From an uncultured Bacteroidota bacterium (GTDB taxonomy: Bacteria; Bacteroidota; Bacteroidia; Bacteroidales; WCHB1-69): a DNA stretch of 64,000 nt. This document shows positions 1 to 8,015 of the stretch, one piece after another (within the stretch, counting starts at the first letter, position 1; every line of letters starts with the position of its first letter). The stretch lies in assembly GCA_902770735.1 (NCBI GenBank), contig CACXUB010000001.1, positions 4,687-68,686 of the forward strand, in the 5' to 3' direction. Position numbers and translations under genes: made by a program. Below the pieces are notes generated by a model. It did no database searches. It was not told the origin of the DNA and saw nothing but the letters and a program-made list of their open reading frames with translations.

Positions 1-146
1 TCAAGGGTAAATACGAGGAGGTTTCCGACATTCTCACCCAACTCACCGGCACAAAACCTGAGCAGGTTTACCAAATTTGCAGGAAATGGAATTATAATGG
101 ACTGACAATCAAGCTGTATGATAACGGACGCATGGTTATTTACTGA
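1..146 (+). CDS. 3' end of a hypothetical exported protein; paralogue of the next gene
   Basis: Frame 3 reads ...KGKYEEVSDILTQLTGTKPEQVYQICRKWNYNGLTIKLYDNGRMVIY* (stop 144-146). It is colinear with the C-terminus of ORF 258..1886 (...AEVSAILTQITGNTPQQGKNHKKWTHKNLTIELYDDGRMVIY*). Confidence 0.6.
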   Translation, partial: KGKYEEVSDILTQLTGTKPEQVYQICRKWNYNGLTIKLYDNGRMVIY

Positions 147-257
147 TTGTTTTACCCGCAGAACTCGCAGATTTCCGCAGAAAAAAATCACATGCAAATA
201 CGCGCGATACGCGGAGATAAAAAAATCGTATTTTCGCACCAGCAAAATAAAACTGTT
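147..257. repeat. Intergenic spacer, copy 1 of a duplicated spacer/promoter module
   Basis: Similar throughout to 1887..1996. The 33-mer atacgcgcgatacgcggagataaaaaaatcgta is identical at 198-230 and 1938-1970. Confidence 0.85.
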
Positions 258-1886
258 ATGAATCACCACCGACATACACCTTTGGTTATGATTCTAGCCT
301 CTTTGCTGCTACTATTGGCGGTACAGCCTGCGAAGGGGCAGCAGCAGTTCTCTGTGATACGGGACACCGTCCAAATCAACGCAGCGGACTATTTCAACCC
401 CATCTCCACTGTCGGGATGAAATGGTCGGTCGCCTACCAGGATTGGTATTTCTGCATTTTTGACGAGATGGATGTCTTTGAATTTTGGAGAAGGCAGAAC
501 GTCTTTCTAGCTATTTCCAAAGACGGAAAGACAATCCGAAAAGTAGATTGTCCCGACAATTTCAAAAACAATTACTACGGGGATTTGTATGTATGGCACG
601 ACACCCTCTTTCTCCACACTTACTATTCTACCCATGATCCACTCGGCTACTATTTCGATTTGAAACAATGGGAATGGGTGCCTACCAATGGCGTTTCCAA
701 CCTTATCTACGAGGATGATTCATATCAAGTCGCTTTCGAGGATGTGGGAGAATGGGGTATGTACACCTGGTTCATGGAAAAGACTGGCAGAAGTGGTAAA
801 AAACTGGGTGACAATCCCAATCAATATATACGGTCTGGCAGAATCTCAAGAATTATCCGAATGGATAGCGTCTACTATTTTATTCACTCGAACAGTGTTG
901 TCAGCACGCCTGTCGCTGGGGCAAAAGGAATCCTCTGCAACGACACGACAGCCTACTATGTCGGTGCAAATTTGGACTACGCCTTTTTAGACTTTTACCT
1001 TCCGACACAAATCAAAAACGAAAACAAAGAGGAACCTTTTCCCACATTATTCAAATTCACAGGAAAAAAAGTTGTCAGTACGGATTGGTGGAATGAAGGT
1101 AAAACTGTCACGAAATATGACACCCTTTTTAATCAGGCATTCCGCATCAAAGACCAGCTGTACTGCATCACCACTGCGCCAAAAACCACATTTATTGCCC
1201 AAATTAGGAACAATAAAGCGGTGAAAGTCTATGATTTTGGCCAAAAATATGACTTTTTCTATCCAAATGGAATGTTTCGAGGCAAAAACCTTGCCAACAA
1301 CAGATGTTTTCTTCAATTCAACAAGGATTTTTACACCTATGGCATGATGGACGTGGAGGATTCAATCATCCGCATCCGATACCTGGTTCACAATCAGGAT
1401 ACGTTGCCCATTGTCGGAAAGGACAACATCAAACCGCTGTTAGAGTACCTGCTGAACCATTTGGACAGCCTTTCCTTGGATGACCTCCGCCGCTACGAAT
1501 CACAGTTGAACGGGACAGGCAATCATTTGTTTCGTGAAGTAAACGGCTATTTTCCAAACAAATATCAGAAAAACGACAAATACAAGTGTACTTCTTTTTA
1601 CAAAATAGTCAATAAGAAGCAGACACTTATCACTGAATATTGTGTCCATTTGCCGGATTCCATGGTCAAGGGCGTTTATCTGGAGTGGGTGAAGACAAAT
1701 TTCTTCGATTCGGATCATTATAGTGGTGGCGCATGTGACAATGTGGCGTCCAAATGTGCTGAGGTCTCTGCTATACTTACCCAAATCACAGGCAACACGC
1801 CGCAGCAAGGGAAGAATCACAAGAAATGGACTCACAAAAACTTGACTATTGAGTTATATGACGACGGCCGCATGGTGATCTACTGA
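258..1886 (+). CDS. Hypothetical exported protein (about 540 aa), tandem paralogue family
   Basis: ORF 147..1886 trimmed to ATG 258 (MNHHRHTPLVMILASLLLLLAVQPAKG signal peptide). I recognise no family. It looks AT-richer than the neighbouring galK. Confidence 0.6.
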   Translation: MNHHRHTPLVMILASLLLLLAVQPAKGQQQFSVIRDTVQINAADYFNPISTVGMKWSVAYQDWYFCIFDEMDVFEFWRRQNVFLAISKDGKTIRKVDCPDNFKNNYYGDLYVWHDTLFLHTYYSTHDPLGYYFDLKQWEWVPTNGVSNLIYEDDSYQVAFEDVGEWGMYTWFMEKTGRSGKKLGDNPNQYIRSGRISRIIRMDSVYYFIHSNSVVSTPVAGAKGILCNDTTAYYVGANLDYAFLDFYLPTQIKNENKEEPFPTLFKFTGKKVVSTDWWNEGKTVTKYDTLFNQAFRIKDQLYCITTAPKTTFIAQIRNNKAVKVYDFGQKYDFFYPNGMFRGKNLANNRCFLQFNKDFYTYGMMDVEDSIIRIRYLVHNQDTLPIVGKDNIKPLLEYLLNHLDSLSLDDLRRYESQLNGTGNHLFREVNGYFPNKYQKNDKYKCTSFYKIVNKKQTLITEYCVHLPDSMVKGVYLEWVKTNFFDSDHYSGGACDNVASKCAEVSAILTQITGNTPQQGKNHKKWTHKNLTIELYDDGRMVIY

Positions 1887-1996
1887 GGTTGTTTTCTCGC
1901 AGAACGCGCAGACTTTCTTAGAAAACATTACGCGCAGATACGCGCGATACGCGGAGATAAAAAAATCGTACCTTTGCCCCCTGAAAAATTCCAATT
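1887..1996. repeat. Intergenic spacer, copy 2 of the duplicated spacer/promoter module
   Basis: Matches 147..257, including the identical 33-mer at 1938-1970. It carries the galK promoter. Confidence 0.85.
1969..1976 (+). promoter_or_regulatory. Bacteroidota -7 promoter box (TACCTTTG) for galK
   Basis: Matches TAnnTTTG, 21 nt upstream of ATG 1997. Confidence 0.6.
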
Positions 1997-3142
1997 ATGC
2001 AGAAAACCGAACGGCAATTTTTCGCCCCCGGGCGCGTGAACCTCATCGGCGACCATACCGACTACAACGGCGGACTCGTGTTCCCCGCCGCGCTCAATAT
2101 GGGCACCTACCTCACCGTAAGTCCCTCGGAGGACGACTGTTACCATTTCTCCTCCAAAAACGATCCCGCCGCCTTCACCCTCCGAAAAGAGGAGTTGACG
2201 CAGCGGCACCACAGCTGGGTGGATTACCCGCTTGGTGTGCTCAAAGAATTTACGGACAGAGGGTTATCCGTGCCGTATTGCCGTTTTCACTACCGCGGCG
2301 ACCTGCCCATCGGGGCGGCGCTTTCCTCGTCAGCTTCTATCGAGGTGGTGACTGTCGTTGCCCTCAACGCCCTTTGCGGGGAACCGTTCACGATGTTAGA
2401 GCTCGTGCAGATGGCACAACACGCGGAGAACGACTTCGTGGGGATGAACTGCGGTATCATGGACCAGTTCGCCTCGGGATTCGGGAAGAAGGATTGTGCT
2501 ATCGCGTTGGACTGCAATACGTTGGAGTACGAACACGTGCCGTTGGAAATGCAGGGGCTGAAGTTCATCATCGCCAACACCAACAAGAAACGCGGACTCG
2601 TGGATTCGGCCTACAACCAGCGACGCAGCGAATGCCAGCAGGCGTTGGAGCTTATCCGTGCGCACCGACCGGTCGATTGTCTTTGTCAACTCACGATGGA
2701 TCTGTTTAATACGGTTGCGCCATATCTTGCGGGCAACGTGCTCAAGCGGGCGCGGCACGCGGTGCGCGAGAACGAGAACGTGCGCGAGGCCGTCACCGCG
2801 CTCAAGGCCGGCGACATGGTCCGCTTCGGGCAGCTGATGAGCGCTTCGCACGCCACCCTGCGCGACGACTACGAGGTCACCTGTCCCGAACTGGACTTCT
2901 TGGCCGAACGGGCGCAGCATTTCCCCGGCGTGCTCGGCAGCCGCATGACCGGCGCGGGTTTCGGCGGCTGCACCGTCACGCTGATTGCTGAAAACCAGGT
3001 GAATGCGTTTGTCGAAACCCTCGGCAAGGCATATGAGGAAAGATTCGGCCTGCGTGCTGATTTCTATGTGGCGGAGATTGGAGCTGGTGCAGATAGTGTA
3101 TCTTTGCTGTCGAAACTCGTTAGAAAAAGTGCGACGCAATAG
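1997..3142 (+). CDS. galK: Galactokinase
   Basis: 381 aa. Galactokinase signature FFAPGRVNLIGDHTDYNGG and GHMP-kinase motif GDLPIGAALSSSAS. Confidence 0.93.
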   Translation: MQKTERQFFAPGRVNLIGDHTDYNGGLVFPAALNMGTYLTVSPSEDDCYHFSSKNDPAAFTLRKEELTQRHHSWVDYPLGVLKEFTDRGLSVPYCRFHYRGDLPIGAALSSSASIEVVTVVALNALCGEPFTMLELVQMAQHAENDFVGMNCGIMDQFASGFGKKDCAIALDCNTLEYEHVPLEMQGLKFIIANTNKKRGLVDSAYNQRRSECQQALELIRAHRPVDCLCQLTMDLFNTVAPYLAGNVLKRARHAVRENENVREAVTALKAGDMVRFGQLMSASHATLRDDYEVTCPELDFLAERAQHFPGVLGSRMTGAGFGGCTVTLIAENQVNAFVETLGKAYEERFGLRADFYVAEIGAGADSVSLLSKLVRKSATQ

Positions 3143-3345
3143 TAATTATTCGTTGGAAAAAATGTAACGATAGAGTGTTTTTTCGTTGGAAAAAGTGTAT
3201 TTTTGCCGCGTGAAAAAACACCGCTACGTTATGTTAAAGAGAAGAATATCAGATACTTTGAAAGCGTGGAAAGAAACACCAAACCATAAGCCACTCGTCA
3301 TCATGGGCATTCGGCAGTGTGGAAAGACCTTCATCGCTCAACATT
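3117..3345. repeat. Copy A of a ~0.2-kb dispersed duplication (galK 3' end, 33-nt tandem units, 5' end of an ATPase gene)
   Basis: Roughly 85% identical by eye to 6484..6656. The unit TTCGTTGGAAAAAGTG... recurs at 33-nt spacing (3117, 3150, 3183). Confidence 0.8.
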
Positions 3346-4085
3346 AAGGCTTACAAATCCATTATCAAGGAGTATCGTGACGATATTGTGAAATACGCCC
3401 GGAGAAAGACAAACCTCATATCCGTGAATGTTTCAATTCCATTCCAAAACAGCTGGCCAAGGAAAACAAGAAGTTCCAATATAGCAAGATAAAGCCTGGA
3501 GGGCGAAGTGAGAACTATTTGGGTTCGCTCCAGTGGATGGAAGACGCTGGTATCATTTGTCGCTGTTACAATACCGACATCACGGGGTTGCCGATGGAAG
3601 GCAATGCAAAGGACAATGTGTTCAAAGTTTATTTGGCCGATATTGGGTTGCTCGTTGAGATGTTGGGACCAAGTACTCGTGCCGACATCCTTCAAGGGAA
3701 CCTGGGCGGGTTCAAAGGGGCCATTTACGAGAATCTGATGGCCGACACCCTTCACAAAAAAGCTCAAAACCTCTATTACTTCCAGAAAGATTCAGGTTTG
3801 GAGTTGGACTTTTTGGTGCGGATGAACGGCGAATGTGTCCCGCTTGAGGTCAAAGCCAAATCAGCCAAGTCGAAAAGTGCGAAAACCGTGTTGAGCCATC
3901 CCGAGAAATATCAAGTGAAGCACATCATCAAGTTCGGCGACTACAACATCGGACGGGCCGGAACCCTGCTCACCCTGCCCAACTACATGCAGTTCCTGCT
4001 CGATCTCGAACCCGAAAAGGTGGTGCTGGAGAAGATTGACACGGATGAGCTTACGAGATTGGCGAAAGAGGCTTTGGAAAAATAA
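3231..4085 (+). pseudogene. Degraded AAA+ ATPase (DUF4143-type ATP-binding protein)
   Basis: The N-terminal P-loop piece MLKRRISDTLKAWKETPNHKPLVIMGIRQCGKTFIAQH ends at a stop at 3345. Homology resumes at ...AYKSIIKEYRDDIVKY, shifts frame near 3420, then continues as ...IPKQLAKENKKFQYSKI...WMEDAGIICRCYN... to 4085. The middle third is missing. Confidence 0.7.
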
Positions 4086-4099
4086 AACCTAAAAATTCG

Positions 4100-4107
4100 T
4101 ACTTTTG
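4100..4107 (+). promoter_or_regulatory. -7 promoter box (TACTTTTG)
   Basis: Lies 21 nt upstream of ATG 4128. The whole 40-nt leader is nearly identical to the galK leader. Confidence 0.6.
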
Positions 4108-4127
4108 CCCCCTAAAAATTCCCAATT

Positions 4128-4943
4128 ATGAAAAAAGACCTTAGAACACTGCTTATATGTGCTGTCGCGTTGTGTTTCACCTTGACAGTCAGCGCCCAAA
4201 ACGGTCATGTTGTCGTGGCCGGGGTTGCGCCTTGCACGTCCGCCGCTTCCAGCACAACCGTGAAGCCTGAGCAGGACGCCAGCCAGTTCGTGAACATCAC
4301 CGACGTGGTGCCGGACGCGATTCTGGAAATCCGCTATTTTGGAACGTATAACTTTGTGGGTCAGCGCATTGACGGCTACCTGCAGCCCACCGCGCTGATG
4401 ACCAGACGCGCCGCCGACAGTCTGAAGGCCGTGAGCGACGACGTGATGCGCATGGGCTACCGGCTGAAGATCTACGATGCCTACCGTCCGCAGATGGCCG
4501 TTGACCATTTCGTGCGCTGGGCCGCGGACATTCCCGACACAATGATGCGGCGCTACTTCTACCCTGAAGTCGATAAGAGCCTGTTGTTCGTCCAGAATTA
4601 CATTGCGGCGAAGAGCGGCCACACCCGCGGCTCCACTGTCGATCTCACCCTTTTCGACATGACCACCGAGAAGGAGCTCGACATGGGCGGCACCTTCGAC
4701 TGGTTCGGCGAGGAGAGCCATCCCGACTTCGGCGGTAACCCCGAGACGGGCGAGTTCAGCGGGAAGCCCTCTCCTGCCGGCCGTACCATCACCGAAGAGC
4801 AGTTCCGCAACCGCATGATTTTATGGGCCGCGATGCTCCGCCACGGCTTCAAACCCATCGACAGCGAATGGTGGCACTTCACGTTGAAGGACGAGCCGTA
4901 CCCTGCAACGTATTTCGAATTCCCAGTGAAGGAACTGAGGTAA
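4128..4943 (+). CDS. D-alanyl-D-alanine dipeptidase (VanX/DdpX, peptidase M15D) with signal peptide
   Basis: Motifs YRPQ, SGHTRGSTVDL and EWWHF. N-terminus MKKDLRTLLICAVALCFTLTVSAQ. Confidence 0.85.
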   Translation: MKKDLRTLLICAVALCFTLTVSAQNGHVVVAGVAPCTSAASSTTVKPEQDASQFVNITDVVPDAILEIRYFGTYNFVGQRIDGYLQPTALMTRRAADSLKAVSDDVMRMGYRLKIYDAYRPQMAVDHFVRWAADIPDTMMRRYFYPEVDKSLLFVQNYIAAKSGHTRGSTVDLTLFDMTTEKELDMGGTFDWFGEESHPDFGGNPETGEFSGKPSPAGRTITEEQFRNRMILWAAMLRHGFKPIDSEWWHFTLKDEPYPATYFEFPVKELR

Positions 4944-4944
4944 A

Positions 4945-4986
4945 CTATTAGCTGTTGGCTTTTAGCTATTGGCTATTGGCTGTTGA
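4945..4986. repeat. Oligomer array, GCTATTGGC family
   Basis: ctattagctgttggcttttagctattggctattggctgttgac. The same family occurs at 21305, 56291 and 61464. Confidence 0.85.
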
Positions 4987-5001
4987 CCAAAAACAAAAAT
5001 G

Positions 5002-5009
5002 TATTTTTG
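5002..5009 (+). promoter_or_regulatory. -7 promoter box (TATTTTTG)
   Basis: Lies 15 nt upstream of ATG 5024. Confidence 0.55.
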
Positions 5010-5023
5010 CCAATTATAAAAAG

Positions 5024-6439
5024 ATGAACAAACGAGGCTTTCCAATCCAAATCATGCTCGTGATTCTGAGCTTCATCCTCTTGGTTCCCGTGGTGAAGGC
5101 TGCGGGACCGAAGAAGCCGCTCAAGTGTGTCGCTCCCGCCTACCTGAAACCGGGCGACAAGGTGGCGCTCATCTCCCCGTCGTACTACTGTTCGATGGAG
5201 ACGGCTTTCCGAGCGGCAGATACCCTGCGCAGTTGGGGGTACGAGCCGGTCATCGGACCGAATGTCGGCAAACAGTATCTTGAACATTACGCCGGAACCG
5301 TGGAGGAGCGGCTCGCCGACCTCCGCTGGGCACTCAAAGACCCCGACATCAAGGCCATCCTCTGTCTGCGCGGCGGTTACAGTACCCTGCACTTGGTGGA
5401 AGGTCTGTCCCTGAAAGAGCTTGCCGCCTCGCCGAAATGGCTCATCGGGTACAGCGACATCACCACGTTGCTCAGTATGGAGGCCTGCGCCGGCGTGATG
5501 AGCATCCACGGCGTGATGGGCTGCAACATAGCCAAGCAAGACAGCGTCAACGTACAACAATCCTGCACGTTGATGCGCAATCTGCTCCAGGGTCAGGTGC
5601 CGCGCTATGAGCTGCCCGCCCACAACGAGAACATCCTCGGTCGGGCCACGGGCACTCTCGTGGGCGGCAATCTCGCCACCTTCGCCCCGCTGCTCTGCTC
5701 CCAGGTCAACGAAATCGGCCAGTCCGACATTATCCTCTTCGTGGAGGAAGTGGAAGAAACGCACCATAACATCGACCGCCTCTTCAACATGCTGAAAATG
5801 AGCGGTGTACTCGCTCATTGCAAAGGCATCATCTTGGGCGATTTCACCGATTGTGAAAACGATGTCGGCTATGAAAGTGTGGAGGCGATGCTGCGCCAAT
5901 ACATCGAACCTTACCACATCCCGTTGCTTTGCGGCTTCCCCGCCGGTCATGAAAAGTTGAACCTGCCGTTCGTGATAGGCGCGCCCGTCACCCTCGACGT
6001 GCGTGCTGACAGCGCCACGCTCTCTTTCGACATCCCTGGCGAACAACGGGAAATTTACCCTCGGGAGATTATCTTTCAAGACGCGGAATTTGCCGAATGC
6101 CTAAACATTCAGCCATCCAAAGACACAATTTTGGTGAAATTGTACTGGAGATTAGCGAAAGCGGAACTCTTAGAGTCCTCACTGGCAGAGTTGGACAGCG
6201 TTTTACAAACCGTCTGCACAGAAAGTAACCGTTTTGAACTCACCTACTGGGATTACACCATCGCGGAATCCTCATCATATCCTGCTACCAGAAGAGGTGC
6301 GTTTTTGTACCAACGAATGGAATCCATTTGTCCAAACAGCCGCGTCACAAAAATGACTATCAAGCATGAAATCATCGAAAGATATACTGAAAAACAGCCC
6401 GGTTACCGTGTTTTGATGATTTGCCCGGTGCGGGAGTGA
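5024..6439 (+). CDS. LD-carboxypeptidase family protein (peptidase S66) with signal peptide and a ~125-aa unknown C-terminal extension
   Basis: ORF trimmed to MNKRGFPIQIMLVILSFILLVPVVKAAG. S66 nucleophile context IGYSDITTL and His context GFPAGHE. The tail after ...LSFDIPG is unrecognised. Confidence 0.8.
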   Translation: MNKRGFPIQIMLVILSFILLVPVVKAAGPKKPLKCVAPAYLKPGDKVALISPSYYCSMETAFRAADTLRSWGYEPVIGPNVGKQYLEHYAGTVEERLADLRWALKDPDIKAILCLRGGYSTLHLVEGLSLKELAASPKWLIGYSDITTLLSMEACAGVMSIHGVMGCNIAKQDSVNVQQSCTLMRNLLQGQVPRYELPAHNENILGRATGTLVGGNLATFAPLLCSQVNEIGQSDIILFVEEVEETHHNIDRLFNMLKMSGVLAHCKGIILGDFTDCENDVGYESVEAMLRQYIEPYHIPLLCGFPAGHEKLNLPFVIGAPVTLDVRADSATLSFDIPGEQREIYPREIIFQDAEFAECLNIQPSKDTILVKLYWRLAKAELLESSLAELDSVLQTVCTESNRFELTYWDYTIAESSSYPATRRGAFLYQRMESICPNSRVTKMTIKHEIIERYTEKQPGYRVLMICPVRE

Positions 6440-6483
6440 AAAATCAGCCTACAAAACTAAGGATGCAATGCGAGTTGTTACAT

Positions 6484-6656
6484 TCGTTGGAAAAAGTGCA
6501 ACGAAGTAGCAATTATTCATTGAAAAAAATGCTGTAATGTTGTGTTAAAGAGAAGAATATCAGACACTTTGAAAATATAGAAGATAAAACTAAACCATAA
6601 GCCACTCGTTATCACAGGAATTCGACAGTTTGGAAAGACTTTCATCGCTCAACATT
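6484..6656. repeat. Copy B of the duplication: galK-3'-like 33-nt units plus a dead 5' fragment of the DUF4143 ATPase gene
   Basis: Aligns to 3117..3345. ATG is replaced by GTG and there is an in-frame stop (..LKRRISDTLKI*..KPLVITGIRQFGKTFIAQH). Confidence 0.8.
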
Positions 6657-6999
6657 TTGCTTCATGATTTAAGGGAGCCTACCCTATGCCTCATTCGTAT
6701 CTATCGATGTTAGTTTTGCATGAAACAGCCGTAAATCCCGCTAAAAACCAACAAAATAATTTAACTATTGAAAAAATAAATTGTTAATATTGTTGGTATT
6801 TCGTTGGTTTTTAACAACAAAGAAAATCTCACCAAAATCTTGATATTCGTGAGATTTATTCGTATGTTTGCGTGGTGATTTTTTTGCGTTTTTATAGAAA
6901 TGCAATCGTGAAAAGTCGCAAATAATAATCACAAAAAAATATTGTTTTTTTTGTTGAGAAATCAACATTTATGTTTATTTTTGCAAACCAATATGAACT

Positions 7000-7482
7000 A
7001 TGACGAAGAAAAACTTACTAATTGAATTACTGGAAGATAGCGGAAAAGTCAGCTTGTATTCTCCACGTTTTGAAGGCGAAGAATTCACAGAATTTGAGAA
7101 ATTTTTGATCCGATTTAAGGATACTTATCCTAACGACGTGGCTCAGCTCGTATATCGCTTAGATATCATTAAGCGTGATGGAGCGGCGGATAGGCACTTC
7201 AGATATGAGGGAACTCTACATGATCGAGTGATGGCATTACCTTCTCATTTAGAAACGACATCTTTGCGACTCTATCTTCTTAACATTCAGTCTAAAATTC
7301 TAATACTTGGAAATGGCGGGCTAAAAACCACTACCACGTATCAAGAAGATAATCATTTGAATAGATGTGTGCAAACATTGCAAAAAATCGATATCGAATT
7401 GAAACAACTTGAAAGGAAGAATATTCTTACTATAAAGGGCACCCAAATCATAGGTCCTATATTGCTTGAAATTAACGATTAA
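7000..7482 (+). CDS. RelE/HigB-like (Gp49/DUF891-like) putative toxin with N-terminal extension
   Basis: 160 aa. The C-terminal half ...LRLYLLNIQSKILILGNGGLKTTTTYQED... resembles the Gp49/HigB core. It sits directly upstream of an XRE HTH gene in an AT-rich context. Confidence 0.45.
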   Translation: MTKKNLLIELLEDSGKVSLYSPRFEGEEFTEFEKFLIRFKDTYPNDVAQLVYRLDIIKRDGAADRHFRYEGTLHDRVMALPSHLETTSLRLYLLNIQSKILILGNGGLKTTTTYQEDNHLNRCVQTLQKIDIELKQLERKNILTIKGTQIIGPILLEIND

Positions 7483-7492
7483 ATATAATGAT

Positions 7493-7795
7493 ATGAAAAC
7501 CAATAAGTTGATGGATGAAATTAGACAGACCATGACTCCTGAAATGAAAAAGCAGATGGAGTTGTCGGTGAGCATAGCCAATCGTATTTATGAGATTTTA
7601 GATGAGAGAGGGATGAGTCAGAAGGATTTGGCGCGTGCACTGGGCAAAACAGAAACCGAAGTTAGCAGATGGCTTTCCGGAACGCACAACTTAACCACCG
7701 CCACCATCGCGAAGATATCTGTTGCCCTTGGCCAGGATATTATCCAAGTTGTCCGTCCTCGCAAGAAAATGAAGTTGGCAGCGGCTGTATTGTAA
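7493..7795 (+). CDS. XRE-family helix-turn-helix protein (HigA-like putative antitoxin)
   Basis: MSQKDLARALGKTETEVSRWLSGTHNLTTATIAKIS is a classic XRE HTH. ATG 7493 lies 11 nt after the upstream stop. Confidence 0.75.
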   Translation: MKTNKLMDEIRQTMTPEMKKQMELSVSIANRIYEILDERGMSQKDLARALGKTETEVSRWLSGTHNLTTATIAKISVALGQDIIQVVRPRKKMKLAAAVL

Positions 7796-7958
7796 CCTCA
7801 ATTCTTTGGACTGATTCGCGACCGAAGCATCTCCCATAATGTCGCAATGTGTTGATAGCGTTTTTTTCGCTCGCGAGACTCCGAAAAAAGAGTGAAGGGC
7901 TTTGCAGAAATTACTTGCCACAAATCACAATTCCCTGTTCATTAAAACCAAAAAATTG

Positions 7959-7966
7959 TATCTTTG
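7959..7966 (+). promoter_or_regulatory. -7 promoter box (TATCTTTG) for gcvP
   Basis: Lies 50 nt upstream of ATG 8016. Confidence 0.55.
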
Positions 7967-8015
7967 CCTTTCCTAAAATTTGTACAAAAGTATTAATAAC
8001 AAACTGATAATCAAT

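Noticed and set aside
6765-6968. Small AT-rich ORFs in spacers: 6765..6968 (67 aa), 58526..58747 (73 aa), 23742..23975 (77 aa) and 10856..11068 (70 aa).
   Set aside because: They are low-complexity, Phe/Ile/Lys/Asn-rich translations of AT-rich promoter regions. They overlap promoters, terminators or the starts of real genes, and they lack their own expression signals.
7796-8015. Looked for a glycine riboswitch in front of gcvP.
   Set aside because: No GGAGAG...CACCG...GGAC-type aptamer core is visible. The promoter box lies only 50 nt from the ATG, leaving no room for a tandem aptamer.
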